Shown piece after piece: positions 9,346-18,154 of a DNA stretch of 51,123 bases. The stretch covers positions 1 through 51,123 of IMG/VR virus record IMGVR_UViG_3300048630_000722, one strand, 5' to 3'. The notes under the pieces are model-generated. The model had not been told where the DNA came from and did no database searches. It saw only the letters and a list, made by a program, of their open reading frames with translations. Position 1 is the first letter of the stretch, and each line of letters begins with the position of its first letter. The stretch is from a virus. Its lineage: Duplodnaviria; Caudoviricetes. Both the position numbers and the translations under genes were made by a program.

Positions 9346-9439
9346 AGACGCGCCTAGCGGCCGGACCGGTCTAGGGCCGCGGCGGCGATCAGGAGGGCGA
9401 CGAGGAGGACGAACGGCCCGAGCGACAGGGCGGCCTCCA

Positions 9440-9874
9440 TCACATGACCTCCGCCCCGCTGACCTCCACGCGCGCGACGTCCTCGGACGTCACGACGGCG
9501 GTCCACTTCCAGTCGGTGTCGGGCGGGACGTCCGCGGCGTTCGCGAGCGTCGTCTCTAGGAGCGCCCCGTCCGCGTCGTAGACGGCCACGCGGACCTCGA
9601 CGTACGAGGCCGTCCCCCGCTGAGAGTGCCGGGCGGTCCCGGTGACCTCGGAGACGCCGAACTCCCCCTCGGTCAGCGTCACGTCCCAGACTTCGAGGTC
9701 CCCGTACTCGTAGACGTCCCCGCGGTCGTCCGGGACGGGCTCCGCCTGTGCGGGCTCAGGGGCGGCCTCCTCCGCGGCGACGACGGGCGCGGCGTCCGGG
9801 GCGGGCTCCGTCTCCGGCGGCGGCTCGCACGCGCTGAGGACGCAGAGGGCGGACAGGAGGAGGGCGGCGCGCAT
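9440..9874 (-). CDS. FxLYD-domain lipoprotein
   Basis: Lipobox LSAC, Pro/Glu linker, YVEVRVAVYDADGALL motif. Confidence 0.7.
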   Translation of the reverse strand: MRAALLLSALCVLSACEPPPETEPAPDAAPVVAAEEAAPEPAQAEPVPDDRGDVYEYGDLEVWDVTLTEGEFGVSEVTGTARHSQRGTASYVEVRVAVYDADGALLETTLANAADVPPDTDWKWTAVVTSEDVARVEVSGAEVM

Positions 9875-9901
9875 GGCGGGAGGGGCGGGTGCGGCCGGAG
9901 T

Positions 9902-10315
9902 CTACGACGGCCCCGTCCCCTCGGGTTGCTCGGGCCTCGCCTTGACGCCGAGGACGGACGCCGTCGCGTACCTGCCTCGCCCGGCCTTCGCCTGGTCCTC
10001 CGCGTCTAGCTGGATCGCGCGGGCGAGCCAGAGGAGGGCCTGCCGGGTGCGGCAGTTCCGCCCGCCGCCGGCCCAGGTGCGGACGCGGATAGAGGGGAAG
10101 GGGTCCGGGTTCTGCCGGCCGTCCTCCTCCGGGGAGCCGAGGCCGGGCCACTCCTGCGCAAAGACGTGCACGTCGCCGTCGTTCGCGACGGTCACGCGGA
10201 GCCACGTGGAGTCGTCGTGCGCGGCGTCGTCGCAGTTGACTTGGTAGACCTCCCCCTGCACGAGGCCCTCGGGCCAATGCGGGCGGAGGGCGGGTGGGTC
10301 ATTCTGGCGGCTCAT
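9902..10315 (-). CDS. Hypothetical protein (moron cassette)
   Basis: ATG 10315 (MSRQNDPP), typical codon usage. Confidence 0.55.
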   Translation of the reverse strand: MSRQNDPPALRPHWPEGLVQGEVYQVNCDDAAHDDSTWLRVTVANDGDVHVFAQEWPGLGSPEEDGRQNPDPFPSIRVRTWAGGGRNCRTRQALLWLARAIQLDAEDQAKAGRGRYATASVLGVKARPEQPEGTGPS

Positions 10316-10329
10316 GTGTTGAGGGGCGG

Positions 10330-10674
10330 CTAGGGCGTGGCGAGGGCCGAGGAGAGGGCGCCGAAGGTGGGCGGGCCGAACGTGATCGTTCCCCGCTCGC
10401 ATCTCACGCAACGGCGGTCGTACCACCCGTTCAGGTCGATGTGGGCCTCGTCGCACTCGTCGCAGTCCCAGAGGTCCCAGACGGCCTCGCCCTCCGTAGC
10501 GGGGGCGTAGTCGTCGCGCATCCGGTGGGGCTCGAAGTGGGAGCGCCGGTCCTCGTCGTTCGGCGACGGGTCGTAATGCCGGGCGAGCGTGACGGCTCGC
10601 GAGGCGGAGCGGGCGCGGACGACGAGGCAGTAGTCGTCGAGCTTGCTGACGGAGTAGAGTTTTAGTTCAGGCAT
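10330..10674 (-). CDS. Hypothetical Cys-rich protein (moron cassette)
   Basis: ATG 10674 (MPELKLYS); CDEC and CVRC motifs. Confidence 0.55.
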   Translation of the reverse strand: MPELKLYSVSKLDDYCLVVRARSASRAVTLARHYDPSPNDEDRRSHFEPHRMRDDYAPATEGEAVWDLWDCDECDEAHIDLNGWYDRRCVRCERGTITFGPPTFGALSSALATP

Positions 10675-11146
10675 CGGTCGGGGTGTCGAGGAGGGCGCGG
10701 GCCGAGGCCGGCGAAGTGGGGTAGAACGCGAGGGCATAGAGCTCGCAGACGAACCGGGGCCACTCCGTGAACCGGGCCTCGCCGCCGGGCTCGATCTCGA
10801 CGCGGTCGCCGTGGTCGGAGCGGACGGCGCCGTGCCAGCGGCCGACGGCGTCGGAGCCCCAGTCCTCCGGGTGCCAGCCGGGCCGCTCCGCGCGTTGCAC
10901 GGCGTGGTCACAGCGGGCGGTGTTGATGACGTCGAGGGCGCCCGGGGGCGTGACGAGCGAAGGCAACACGGGATGCCGCGTCGGCAGGATCGGCGTCGGC
11001 GGGACCCGGGTGACGAACCGTTCGCCGCCGAGCGTCTCTAAGACGGTCCTCCCAAACAGGGCGGCGTGGAGGAAGGCGCTGAGGCGCTCGTCAGAGACGG
11101 CACCGAGGGCGGGCGCCGCGCGGTCGCCCGAAAAGGACTCAGTCAT
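10667..11146 (-). CDS. Hypothetical protein (first gene of moron cassette)
   Basis: ATG directly preceded by the conserved hairpin/ACAGAC leader. Confidence 0.6.
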   Translation of the reverse strand: MTESFSGDRAAPALGAVSDERLSAFLHAALFGRTVLETLGGERFVTRVPPTPILPTRHPVLPSLVTPPGALDVINTARCDHAVQRAERPGWHPEDWGSDAVGRWHGAVRSDHGDRVEIEPGGEARFTEWPRFVCELYALAFYPTSPASARALLDTPTDA

Positions 11147-11201
11147 TCGTCTGTGGGGTTGGGGTTGCGGCGCGGTGTGGCGTGCGCCGTCCCCGACGTT
11201 A
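11147..11201 (-). repeat. Hairpin-leader element with -10 TAACGT
   Basis: CGGCGC-ACGCCACACC-GCGCCG (11189-11168), then CCCCACAGACGA-ATG. Confidence 0.85.
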
Positions 11202-11209
11202 GCCGACGG

Positions 11210-12754
11210 TCAGCGCGCGCGCCAGCGCCGGCCTACGGGGTCCCTCAGCCCGGCCTCCCCGTAGCCGCCGCCGGCCGTGTGCCGCTGCCCGAACGGGACC
11301 TCGGGGAGGTCCGCGACGGCCGCGACGAGCGGGGACGTCGGCCGGGCGATCTCCGCGACGGCGTCGCTGAAGGCGTCCACGAGGTCGTCGTTGACGCCGA
11401 ACGGGAACTGGCGGAACTCCTCGATCAGCGCCGCCGCGGCGGCGTGCCCCTCCGGCGTCCCGTGCGTGACGACGCAGACGTTGCCGGCGTTGACCTGCGC
11501 CGCGCCGGGCTCCGCGCGGAGTTCCTTCCGCCCGCTCACCGGGGCCGAGTGCACGTCGAAGCCGAGGAGGAGCCGGGTGAGGAGTTGCACGGTCTCCTTC
11601 CCCGCCGCGCCGGGGTCCTGCGGGACGCGCACGCGGACGTCCGCCCCGTCTAGCTCCGCGGTCTGCCGGATCCGCCGGTTCCGCTCCGCCGGCTCGTGCC
11701 GGAACCGGAGCGGGTCGACGTAGAGGACGCCGTCCTCGTCGGGCCCGCTGACCTTCACGCCGGCCGTGTAGTCCCCGGCCCCCTCCGTCCCGGCGAGGTC
11801 CCAGGCCCGGACGGCGGGGAGGCCGAGCGGGGCGTGCTCTACGAGGCGGATCTTCGAGACCTGAAAGAGCGCGCCCTCGCGCGGCGTCGGGTTCCCCTGA
11901 AAGAGCGCCTCGAAGTCCCGCTCGCCCATCTCCCGGCGGAGCTGGCGGAGGAACGCGGCCGGCTTGACCTCCGGCCAGAGGGCGGCCCCCTCCGGCCGGC
12001 CGAGCGGGTCGACGTCCGGGCCGAGGGAGAGGGCGGGGAGGTTGACGAACAGCCACGTGCGCTCGTGCTCCTGCAGCGCGGCCTCCTGCGCCATGAGCCG
12101 GCCGATCAGGTCGTCCTCGTGCCACCGCGTCGCGATGAGGAACGCGCGCGTGTGCGGGAAGAACCGCTGCACGATGGACCCGGTCCACCACTCCCACTGG
12201 TTCTCGCGCTCCACGGCGCTCTCGGCCTGCGCCCGGTCCTTCAGCGGGTCGTCGCCGACGAGGAGCGAGATCGGGTTGATCCCCGTCGGCGCGGAGCCGA
12301 CGCCGCGGGAGACGATCCGGGCGCCGTTGGCGAGCTCCCACTCGTCCAGGGCGCTCGCGTCCGGGGACAGGACGCCCATCTCCCGGGCCGTCTCCCGGGC
12401 GGGGTAGCTCAGGTGCTTGTCCGCGAACCGCTGAGAGTAGCCCGTGACTACGACGGCGTCGTGCGGGTGCCGCTCGCCCCAGTAGACGGGGAGCCGGCGC
12501 GTGATCGTCTCGGACTTCCCGTGCCCCGGCGGCATCGAGACGGCGACGCGGTTGAAGTCCCCGGCGACGACGTGCTCGACGAGGCGGACGAGGAACGCGA
12601 TGTGGGCGGGGAGCGGGCCGCCGTCCGCGCCGGTCCAGTGCGGCGGGATGCTCCGGCGATACCAGGCGCCGTAGGGCTCCGCCTCGCGCGCCCGGCGGCG
12701 GCGCTCTAGCTCAGCGGCCGCCCGTTGGAGGAGCGTGTAGCCGGACCCGCTCAC
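11210..12754 (-). CDS. terL: Terminase large subunit
   Basis: Walker A SMPPGHGKSE, LLVGDDP, TRWHEDDL, AWDLA and NDDLVDA motifs; GTG 12754 overlaps the terS stop. Confidence 0.93.
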   Translation of the reverse strand: MSGSGYTLLQRAAAELERRRRAREAEPYGAWYRRSIPPHWTGADGGPLPAHIAFLVRLVEHVVAGDFNRVAVSMPPGHGKSETITRRLPVYWGERHPHDAVVVTGYSQRFADKHLSYPARETAREMGVLSPDASALDEWELANGARIVSRGVGSAPTGINPISLLVGDDPLKDRAQAESAVERENQWEWWTGSIVQRFFPHTRAFLIATRWHEDDLIGRLMAQEAALQEHERTWLFVNLPALSLGPDVDPLGRPEGAALWPEVKPAAFLRQLRREMGERDFEALFQGNPTPREGALFQVSKIRLVEHAPLGLPAVRAWDLAGTEGAGDYTAGVKVSGPDEDGVLYVDPLRFRHEPAERNRRIRQTAELDGADVRVRVPQDPGAAGKETVQLLTRLLLGFDVHSAPVSGRKELRAEPGAAQVNAGNVCVVTHGTPEGHAAAAALIEEFRQFPFGVNDDLVDAFSDAVAEIARPTSPLVAAVADLPEVPFGQRHTAGGGYGEAGLRDPVGRRWRAR

Positions 12755-13212
12755 GCCTTCCGCCCCGCGACGATGGCGGCGAGCTCGGCGTCGGACTTCT
12801 CCGTGACGTCGAGGCCGAGGTTCCCGGAGTGCTCGATCAGGCGGCGGTTCGTGTACGCCTCCCCCATCTCCCTCGCGATCTGCTCGTAGAGCGACGCGGC
12901 GAGGGGGAGGTTGCCCATGCGCTCGGCCCGGTCCGCCCAGCGCCCGAGGCGGCGGACGCGGACGGCCTTGTGGGCAACGGCCTCCCCGGCTACCTCGTCC
13001 ACGAATGCCCTCCTCGTCTCCTCGAACAGCGTCCGCCATTTCGAGGCGAGCCGTGCGGCCTGCGCGTTGTCCGGGTTGTAGGCCGCGAGTTGAGCTAGAG
13101 ACGCCTCCACTCCGAACTCATCTCGGAGGGCGTCACGCACCGAGGCCGGTGCGTCGTAACGCGCTAGGGCAGTCACGACGAAAGACTTCTGGGGATCGGT
13201 GAGCGCGGCCAT
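12751..13212 (-). CDS. Terminase small subunit (DUF2280-like)
   Basis: MAALTDPQKSFVVTALARYDAP..AYNP..EQIAREMGEAYTNRR; directly before terL. Confidence 0.8.
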   Translation of the reverse strand: MAALTDPQKSFVVTALARYDAPASVRDALRDEFGVEASLAQLAAYNPDNAQAARLASKWRTLFEETRRAFVDEVAGEAVAHKAVRVRRLGRWADRAERMGNLPLAASLYEQIAREMGEAYTNRRLIEHSGNLGLDVTEKSDAELAAIVAGRKA

Positions 13213-13223
13213 CGCTAAACGGA

Positions 13224-13871
13224 TTACAACTTGGAGGCGCAGTTCCCGCACACGCCGGCCACCTTCGCCTGCCCGATGGTCGGACCGCGCTCGGCCGCGG
13301 CGCTCATCATCCGTTCGGCCTCCCCCTGCGGGCCCCAGCGGCGCGTGACGCCGACGAACTGCTCGACGTCGTGCGGGCGCATCGCCCACTTCGGCCGTCC
13401 GTCCGCGCCGAACAGCGGCACCCCGTCTCGCGTGTCCTGCGCGCAGTGGTAGAGCTCGTGGTCTATCAGCGCCATCACGGCGGCCTCGTCCCCTTCCCGG
13501 AGGCGGGCGCGGACGAAGCCGGCGCAGAGGGTCACGTAGAAGTCCGGGACCGTCCCGAACAGCCGCGTGAGGTGGTCCGCCTTCATCCCGCGGGCCCAGG
13601 CGTCGGAGCCGGACGGCTCGCCAAGGTGGGCGCGGCCGACGACGTCCTGGCGCTTGACGCGGTTCGGGCGCTGCGTCCAGAGGAACCGGACGTCGGCCCC
13701 GCCGAGGTGCTCGTGCTCGCGGTTGTAGAGCGGGCCGGGCCCGAGGACGAACTGCTCGCGGACCCACTCGGCGAGGGCCTCGTCGGGGACGTACGCCTCC
13801 GGCTCGAACATCCCGGCCGCGTCCGGGATCGGCGGCATCGGCGGGAGCGTGACGGTGCGGGCCTCAGGCAT
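13224..13871 (-). CDS. Putative phage metallopeptidase
   Basis: HELYH zinc motif, RPHDVEQFVGV and NREHEHL. Confidence 0.8.
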   Translation of the reverse strand: MPEARTVTLPPMPPIPDAAGMFEPEAYVPDEALAEWVREQFVLGPGPLYNREHEHLGGADVRFLWTQRPNRVKRQDVVGRAHLGEPSGSDAWARGMKADHLTRLFGTVPDFYVTLCAGFVRARLREGDEAAVMALIDHELYHCAQDTRDGVPLFGADGRPKWAMRPHDVEQFVGVTRRWGPQGEAERMMSAAAERGPTIGQAKVAGVCGNCASKL

Positions 13872-14259
13872 CGGTGAGGACGGTGACGACGACGTGGTCC
13901 TTGACGACGAGCGTGTGGGCGCCGTGCTTGCCCGTGACGGGGAAGTCCCCGGAGCCCCCGAGGGCGCGGACGGCGGCGTGCGTGTCCGGCGGGGCGATCT
14001 CGGCGCGGACGGCGTCGAGGTCCAGGCCGAGGCGGCGCTCGAGGTAGCGGACCACGGCGTGGTCGCTCACCTGCACGCGGCCGCGGGCCTTCGCCGCCTT
14101 CCTCCGGAGCCCGTCGGCCTCGGCCCGGAGCCGCTCGGCCTTCTTCCGGAGGTGCGTCCGGACGCGGGCGTGGACGCCGTTGCCCTGCGCCTGCGCGGAG
14201 CACTCCCGGGCCTCGGTCTCTAGGCGGCCGGCTTTCCGGCTGAGCGCGGCGGGGCTCAC
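13864..14259 (-). CDS. Hypothetical phage protein
   Basis: GTG 14259; coiled coil followed by VSDHAVVRYLER...VVTV. Confidence 0.6.
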   Translation of the reverse strand: MSPAALSRKAGRLETEARECSAQAQGNGVHARVRTHLRKKAERLRAEADGLRRKAAKARGRVQVSDHAVVRYLERRLGLDLDAVRAEIAPPDTHAAVRALGGSGDFPVTGKHGAHTLVVKDHVVVTVLTDA

Positions 14260-14462
14260 GGGTCCGACGGGGGGGCGTCCTCCGGAGCGACCTCCCGGAA
14301 GGCGGCCGCGCACCGGCGGAGGTTCGCCTCGCGCTCGGCCGCGCTGTGGAACCCCTGGTGCGCCGTGCACACGGTCTGCCCGTTGACGGCGGAGACGAGG
14401 CGCCAGCGGTGCCGGCCGGCGCGGTCGGCGTAGCGCTCGACGCGGTAGGCGGGCGCGCTCAT
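14256..14462 (-). CDS. DUF1508/YegP-like small protein
   Basis: YADRAGRHRWRLVSAVNGQTVCTAHQGF motif. Confidence 0.7.
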   Translation of the reverse strand: MSAPAYRVERYADRAGRHRWRLVSAVNGQTVCTAHQGFHSAAEREANLRRCAAAFREVAPEDAPPSDP

Positions 14463-14725
14463 ACCGGCTGCAGTTTGCCGTCGAGCTTCGGGGCCTTCGG
14501 CGTGAAGTTGTAGCCGACGCGCCGGCCTCCGCGGCGGAGCTTCGGGGCGTTGGCCGTGCGGAACGTCAGCTCGCACTCGTCCACGTTCAGGCCGGCCTCG
14601 CGGTGCGCGCGGCGGACGTCCTTCCGGTAGTCCTCCGGGGACTCCTCCCCGTAGAGGTAGAGGTAGCCGTCCGTCCGGCTGAGCACGCGGAGGTCGGGCG
14701 TCCGGGTGTCTGGGGCGTCTCCCAT
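14459..14725 (-). CDS. Hypothetical protein
   Basis: 88-aa ORF translationally coupled to its neighbour. Confidence 0.55.
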   Translation of the reverse strand: MGDAPDTRTPDLRVLSRTDGYLYLYGEESPEDYRKDVRRAHREAGLNVDECELTFRTANAPKLRRGGRRVGYNFTPKAPKLDGKLQPV

Positions 14726-14729
14726 CGGT

Positions 14730-15200
14730 CTAGCGGGTGAGGACGTAGAGGAGCGCCCCCGTCGTCGCCGTCGTCCCGGCGAGGGTCACGGCGGCGGCGC
14801 GCCAGCGGCGGGCGGCGCGGCGGGCGCGTTCGGCCCGTTCGCGCTCCCGGTCCCGCTCGGCCTCGAGCGCGGCGGCCCGGGTCCCGGCGAGGTCCGCGCG
14901 GAGGTCGCAGGCGTCCCGGGCCTCCCCCTCCGCGCGGAGGGCGGAGAGGAGGAGGGCGGACCGGCTCTCGTGCGCGGCGCGCTCCTGCGTGACGGCGGCG
15001 CCGAGCGCGGCGGCCTCGGCCTCCGTCCAGGCGAGGGCGGCGCGGCAGGCCGCGGCCTCGGCCCCGGCCGACAGGTAGTCGTCGAGGACGACGCCGGAGG
15101 TCTCGTAGCGGTCGTCCCAGAGGTGGACCGTCGGCGCCGGCTGAGCGGACGCGGCGGCGAGGAGGCAGAGGAGGAGGGGGAGTGTTCTTCGGGCGGTCAT
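14730..15200 (-). CDS. Secreted coiled-coil protein with C-terminal TM helix (possible spanin component)
   Basis: Signal peptide, Ala/Arg coiled coil, terminal hydrophobic helix; lies in the lysis cluster. Confidence 0.45.
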   Translation of the reverse strand: MTARRTLPLLLCLLAAASAQPAPTVHLWDDRYETSGVVLDDYLSAGAEAAACRAALAWTEAEAAALGAAVTQERAAHESRSALLLSALRAEGEARDACDLRADLAGTRAAALEAERDRERERAERARRAARRWRAAAVTLAGTTATTGALLYVLTR

Positions 15201-15228
15201 GGCGGTCTGTGGGTGCGGTGTGGCGTGC
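15201..15228 (-). repeat. Degenerate hairpin-leader element
   Basis: GC-ACGCCACACC-GC (only a 2-bp stem), then ACCCACAGACCGCC-ATG. Confidence 0.65.
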
Positions 15229-15261
15229 GTGAGTGAGTCCGGAGCGGGCCCCGGCTGCCGT

Positions 15262-15732
15262 CTAGCCGGGCGCGCGCGCCTCCGGCGTGCCGGGCGCGCG
15301 CGCCCGAGGGCGTCCTGCCCCGGGCTCCGGCGGGCGGTCCGCCGGGGAGTCCGGCCCGCCGGTGCGGGCGCGGAACAGGGAGTCGGCCGCCGCCGCGCGC
15401 TCGTCCGGCGTCCTCCGGGCGGCGCGGGCGCGCTCTAGCTCGCGGAGGGCGTCGAGCTCCCGGGAGGTCTCAGAGAGGAGGCGGGACACGCGGGCGAGCG
15501 CGGCGTCGGCCTCCCGGACGAGCGAGTCGACGGGGACGGCGCGGGCGGCGGCCTCCGCGCTGTCGGCCCTCCGCGCGGCCTCCGCCTCCCGGGCGCGGGC
15601 CTCCGCCTCCGCGGCCGGCTCCGACACCGGGTCGGGCCCACAGGAGCCGAACCGGAGGACGAGGAGGAACAGGGCGAGGCCGGAGAGGAGCCCGTAGGAG
15701 CCCCAGAGGAGGGAGCGGCGACGGTCCGTCAT
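15262..15732 (-). CDS. Putative inner-membrane spanin (Rz-like)
   Basis: N-terminal TM helix and long coiled coil; lysis cluster. Confidence 0.5.
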   Translation of the reverse strand: MTDRRRSLLWGSYGLLSGLALFLLVLRFGSCGPDPVSEPAAEAEARAREAEAARRADSAEAAARAVPVDSLVREADAALARVSRLLSETSRELDALRELERARAARRTPDERAAAADSLFRARTGGPDSPADRPPEPGAGRPRARAPGTPEARAPG

Positions 15733-15965
15733 GGGGCCGGGGCGGTTCTCAGGGGGCGGCCGCGGGCGGCGCGGACGAGGAGGGCGAGGGGCCAGAGGGC
15801 CGAGTAGGCGGCGGCGAGGACGGCGACGAACAGGCCGAACAGGAGCGCGGGCGCGGCCGGCACGTCCCGGTCCTCGGACACCTGCGCCCAGCCGGCGGCG
15901 AGGACGAGGCGGCCGGCGGAGGCGAACCCGGCGGCGAGCCAGAGGGCGAGGGCGTAGGCGATCAC
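15729..15965 (-). CDS. Small membrane protein (holin candidate)
   Basis: GTG 15965; two hydrophobic helices and a basic C-terminus. Confidence 0.4.
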   Translation of the reverse strand: MIAYALALWLAAGFASAGRLVLAAGWAQVSEDRDVPAAPALLFGLFVAVLAAAYSALWPLALLVRAARGRPLRTAPAP

Positions 15966-16528
15966 GGCGCGTAGGGCGGCGGCGGGGGGATGTCGGCGGG
16001 GGCGACCTCCTGGCGCTGCACCTCGACGGGGCCCGTCTCCTGCTCTCCGACGGCCTGCGTGCCGACGGAGACGCCGGAGACGTCCGGGAGGCGGCCGTCC
16101 CACTTCCAGGCGAGGACGATGAGGAGGGTGAGGAGGCCGAGGACGAGGAGCTTGCCGAACGAGCCCGTCGTGAGGTCCGTCACGAAGCTCCGCGCCTGCG
16201 TCGCTCCCTCCCGGATCACGCCGGCCGCGCCGGACGGCGGCGGCCCGTCGCCCTGCCGGAGCGCGGCGATCTCGGCGTCGTGGCCGTCGACGCGGCTCCC
16301 GAGCCGGGTCGTCGTGTCGCGGAGGTTGTTCTGGTTCACGGGGTCGTCCACGGTGAAGCGGATGGCGTCGAGCTGCTCGCGGAGCCGCTCGATCTTCGCC
16401 GCGTCGGCGTCGCGGCCGTCCGCGTGCCGCTCTACGGTGTGGGTGAGGGCGGCGAGCGCCGCGCGGACGTCGCCGAGGTTGTCGGGAGGGGCGCCGTTCC
16501 CGGCGCCCCCGTGCGTGGTGGGAGGCAC
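15962..16528 (-). CDS. Coiled-coil membrane protein (holin/antiholin candidate)
   Basis: Coiled coil followed by the TM segment LLVLGLLTLLIVLAW. Confidence 0.5.
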   Translation of the reverse strand: MPPTTHGGAGNGAPPDNLGDVRAALAALTHTVERHADGRDADAAKIERLREQLDAIRFTVDDPVNQNNLRDTTTRLGSRVDGHDAEIAALRQGDGPPPSGAAGVIREGATQARSFVTDLTTGSFGKLLVLGLLTLLIVLAWKWDGRLPDVSGVSVGTQAVGEQETGPVEVQRQEVAPADIPPPPPYAP

Positions 16529-16537
16529 GGGGCGGGG

Positions 16538-17212
16538 TCAGAGTTTGAGGACGGCATCGAGGCGCTCGCGCATGACCCGCTCCGCCGCCCGCTCCTCCCG
16601 CACGCGGGAGAGGTCGGCCGTGAGCTCGCGGAGGCGGGCCTCGGCCTGCGACGCGGCGGCCTCCGCGCGCTCCGCCCGCGCGGCGTAGGACGTCACCGCG
16701 TAGGCGTGGACGATCCCGCCGCCGTCCGGGCCCGGGACGTGGTGGTAGCGGACGACGGCGGGGAGGCCGTCCCGCCCCGTCTCCGCGCGCTCGTACGTCC
16801 GCGGCTCGTGCCGGGAGAGCACGTCCGCGTAGGCCGCCCGCGCCTCGTCCCCGTCCGGGCCCTCCGGCACGGCCTCCAGGTAGTGGTGGCCCGACAGCGC
16901 GCCGGTCCGCCAGTCGAGCGGGAAGGCGTCGCCTACGAGGTCGTAGGTGTACGTCCCCGACCGGTCGTAGGCGTAGAGCGCGACGGGCGCGACGGAGAGG
17001 AGCGGGGGGAGGGCCCGGAGCACCTGCGCGTCGCGGTCATCGCGGGCCGTCCGCTGCCGGGCGACGCCGTAGACGAGGAGGGCGGTGGAGAGGGCCGCGA
17101 GGGCGAGGAGGGCGACCTGCCCGTAGGACGTGAACGCGGGGAGGGCGCCGCACCCGGCGAGGGCGAGGGAGGCGGCGAGGACCGAGGCGGGGAGGGCGTA
17201 GCGGCGGCGCAT
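16538..17212 (-). CDS. Membrane-anchored PAS-like domain protein
   Basis: Two N-terminal hydrophobic segments (LAGC lipobox-like), then PVALYAYDRSG..RAAYADVLSRHEPRTYE..GRDG and a coiled coil. Confidence 0.55.
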   Translation of the reverse strand: MRRRYALPASVLAASLALAGCGALPAFTSYGQVALLALAALSTALLVYGVARQRTARDDRDAQVLRALPPLLSVAPVALYAYDRSGTYTYDLVGDAFPLDWRTGALSGHHYLEAVPEGPDGDEARAAYADVLSRHEPRTYERAETGRDGLPAVVRYHHVPGPDGGGIVHAYAVTSYAARAERAEAAASQAEARLRELTADLSRVREERAAERVMRERLDAVLKL

Positions 17213-17985
17213 CAGCCCCGCCAGTCCGTAGCGGCCCCGCGGCAGTCCGCGTGCACGAAGGACGAGTAGCGGCCGAGGCCGCCGGTGTGCGTGTACGCCC
17301 GGCCGTCGAAGGACACGCCGCGGGCGCTGAACGGCTCCCCGTAGACGGAGCCCGTGAACACGGGGCCGAGTTGGTAGTCCCGGCGGACGCGCTCGACCAC
17401 GGCCCGCTGAGCGGCCGTCAGGACGTGCCGCGTCCCGCGGAGCGCCCGGTCAATCCGGTGGAGGTCCGACACGGAGGCGCCGATGAGCACGCGGTCGCGG
17501 GCGGTCCCGACGCGGTGCTGCGAGCGGGAGGCGCCGCCGATGGCCGCGTTGTAGGACGGGCTCCGGTAGAGGGAGTTGAACCGGAGCGGGACCCCGGCCA
17601 TCGACCGCGCCCGCTGGTCGTGGATCAGGCAGAGGAGGAGCCGGACCAGGAGGGAGGGCGGGGGCAGGGAGTTCTTCCGGCCGCTCCGGGTCACCCGCTT
17701 GTGGACCGCGCAGACCTCCGCGCCCGAGATGTTGGGGAGGCGGAGGGCGTCCACGCAGGCGGCGACGTAGTCCTCGTACCGGGCCTCCGGCGACGGGTTG
17801 GCGCGGACGGCCTCCGCCGCGTGCCGGTCGATCCGCGCGCGGGTCGCGGCGAGGTCGAGGGCGGCGGCGGACTCCTCCTCCCCCTCGTCCGGGCCGGCGT
17901 GAACGGGGAGGGACGGGAGGGCGGCGATCTGCCGCTCAGAGAGGGCGCGGACGGCCGCGAAATGGGCGCTGTTCAGCACGGGCAC
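17212..17985 (-). CDS. Endolysin, peptidase M15 family
   Basis: SLYRSPSYNAAIGGASRSQH-x6-D and FVHAD zinc motifs. Confidence 0.85.
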   Translation of the reverse strand: MPVLNSAHFAAVRALSERQIAALPSLPVHAGPDEGEEESAAALDLAATRARIDRHAAEAVRANPSPEARYEDYVAACVDALRLPNISGAEVCAVHKRVTRSGRKNSLPPPSLLVRLLLCLIHDQRARSMAGVPLRFNSLYRSPSYNAAIGGASRSQHRVGTARDRVLIGASVSDLHRIDRALRGTRHVLTAAQRAVVERVRRDYQLGPVFTGSVYGEPFSARGVSFDGRAYTHTGGLGRYSSFVHADCRGAATDWRG

Positions 17986-18002
17986 ACCGGGCGGGGACCG
18001 TC

Positions 18003-18044
18003 AGGTTAGGCGGACGGCCGGCCCGCTGGCCCGACACCCCGTCG
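18003..18044 (-). promoter_or_regulatory. Late-promoter motif, copy C
   Basis: CGACGGGGTGTCGG (18044-18031), 22 nt, TAACCT; upstream of the endolysin. Confidence 0.78.
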
Positions 18045-18074
18045 CGTCCGCGCAACGACCCGCCGCCCCGGGCG

Positions 18075-18154
18075 TATCGTCGGGGACGGCGCACGCCACA
18101 CCGCGCCGCCCTACTCACGCCCCACGCCACACCGGGGCACAGACCCACAGACCG
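18075..18154 (+). repeat. Double hairpin-leader element with -10 TATCGT
   Basis: CGGCGC/GCGCCG (18087-18108) and GCCCC/GGGGC (18119-18138), both with the ACGCCACACC loop, then ACCCACAGACCG-ATG. Confidence 0.88.

Noticed and set aside
13387-13428. Late-box-like AGACGGGGTGCCGC inside the metallopeptidase gene
   Set aside because: Three mismatches and no -10-like hexamer at 22 nt.
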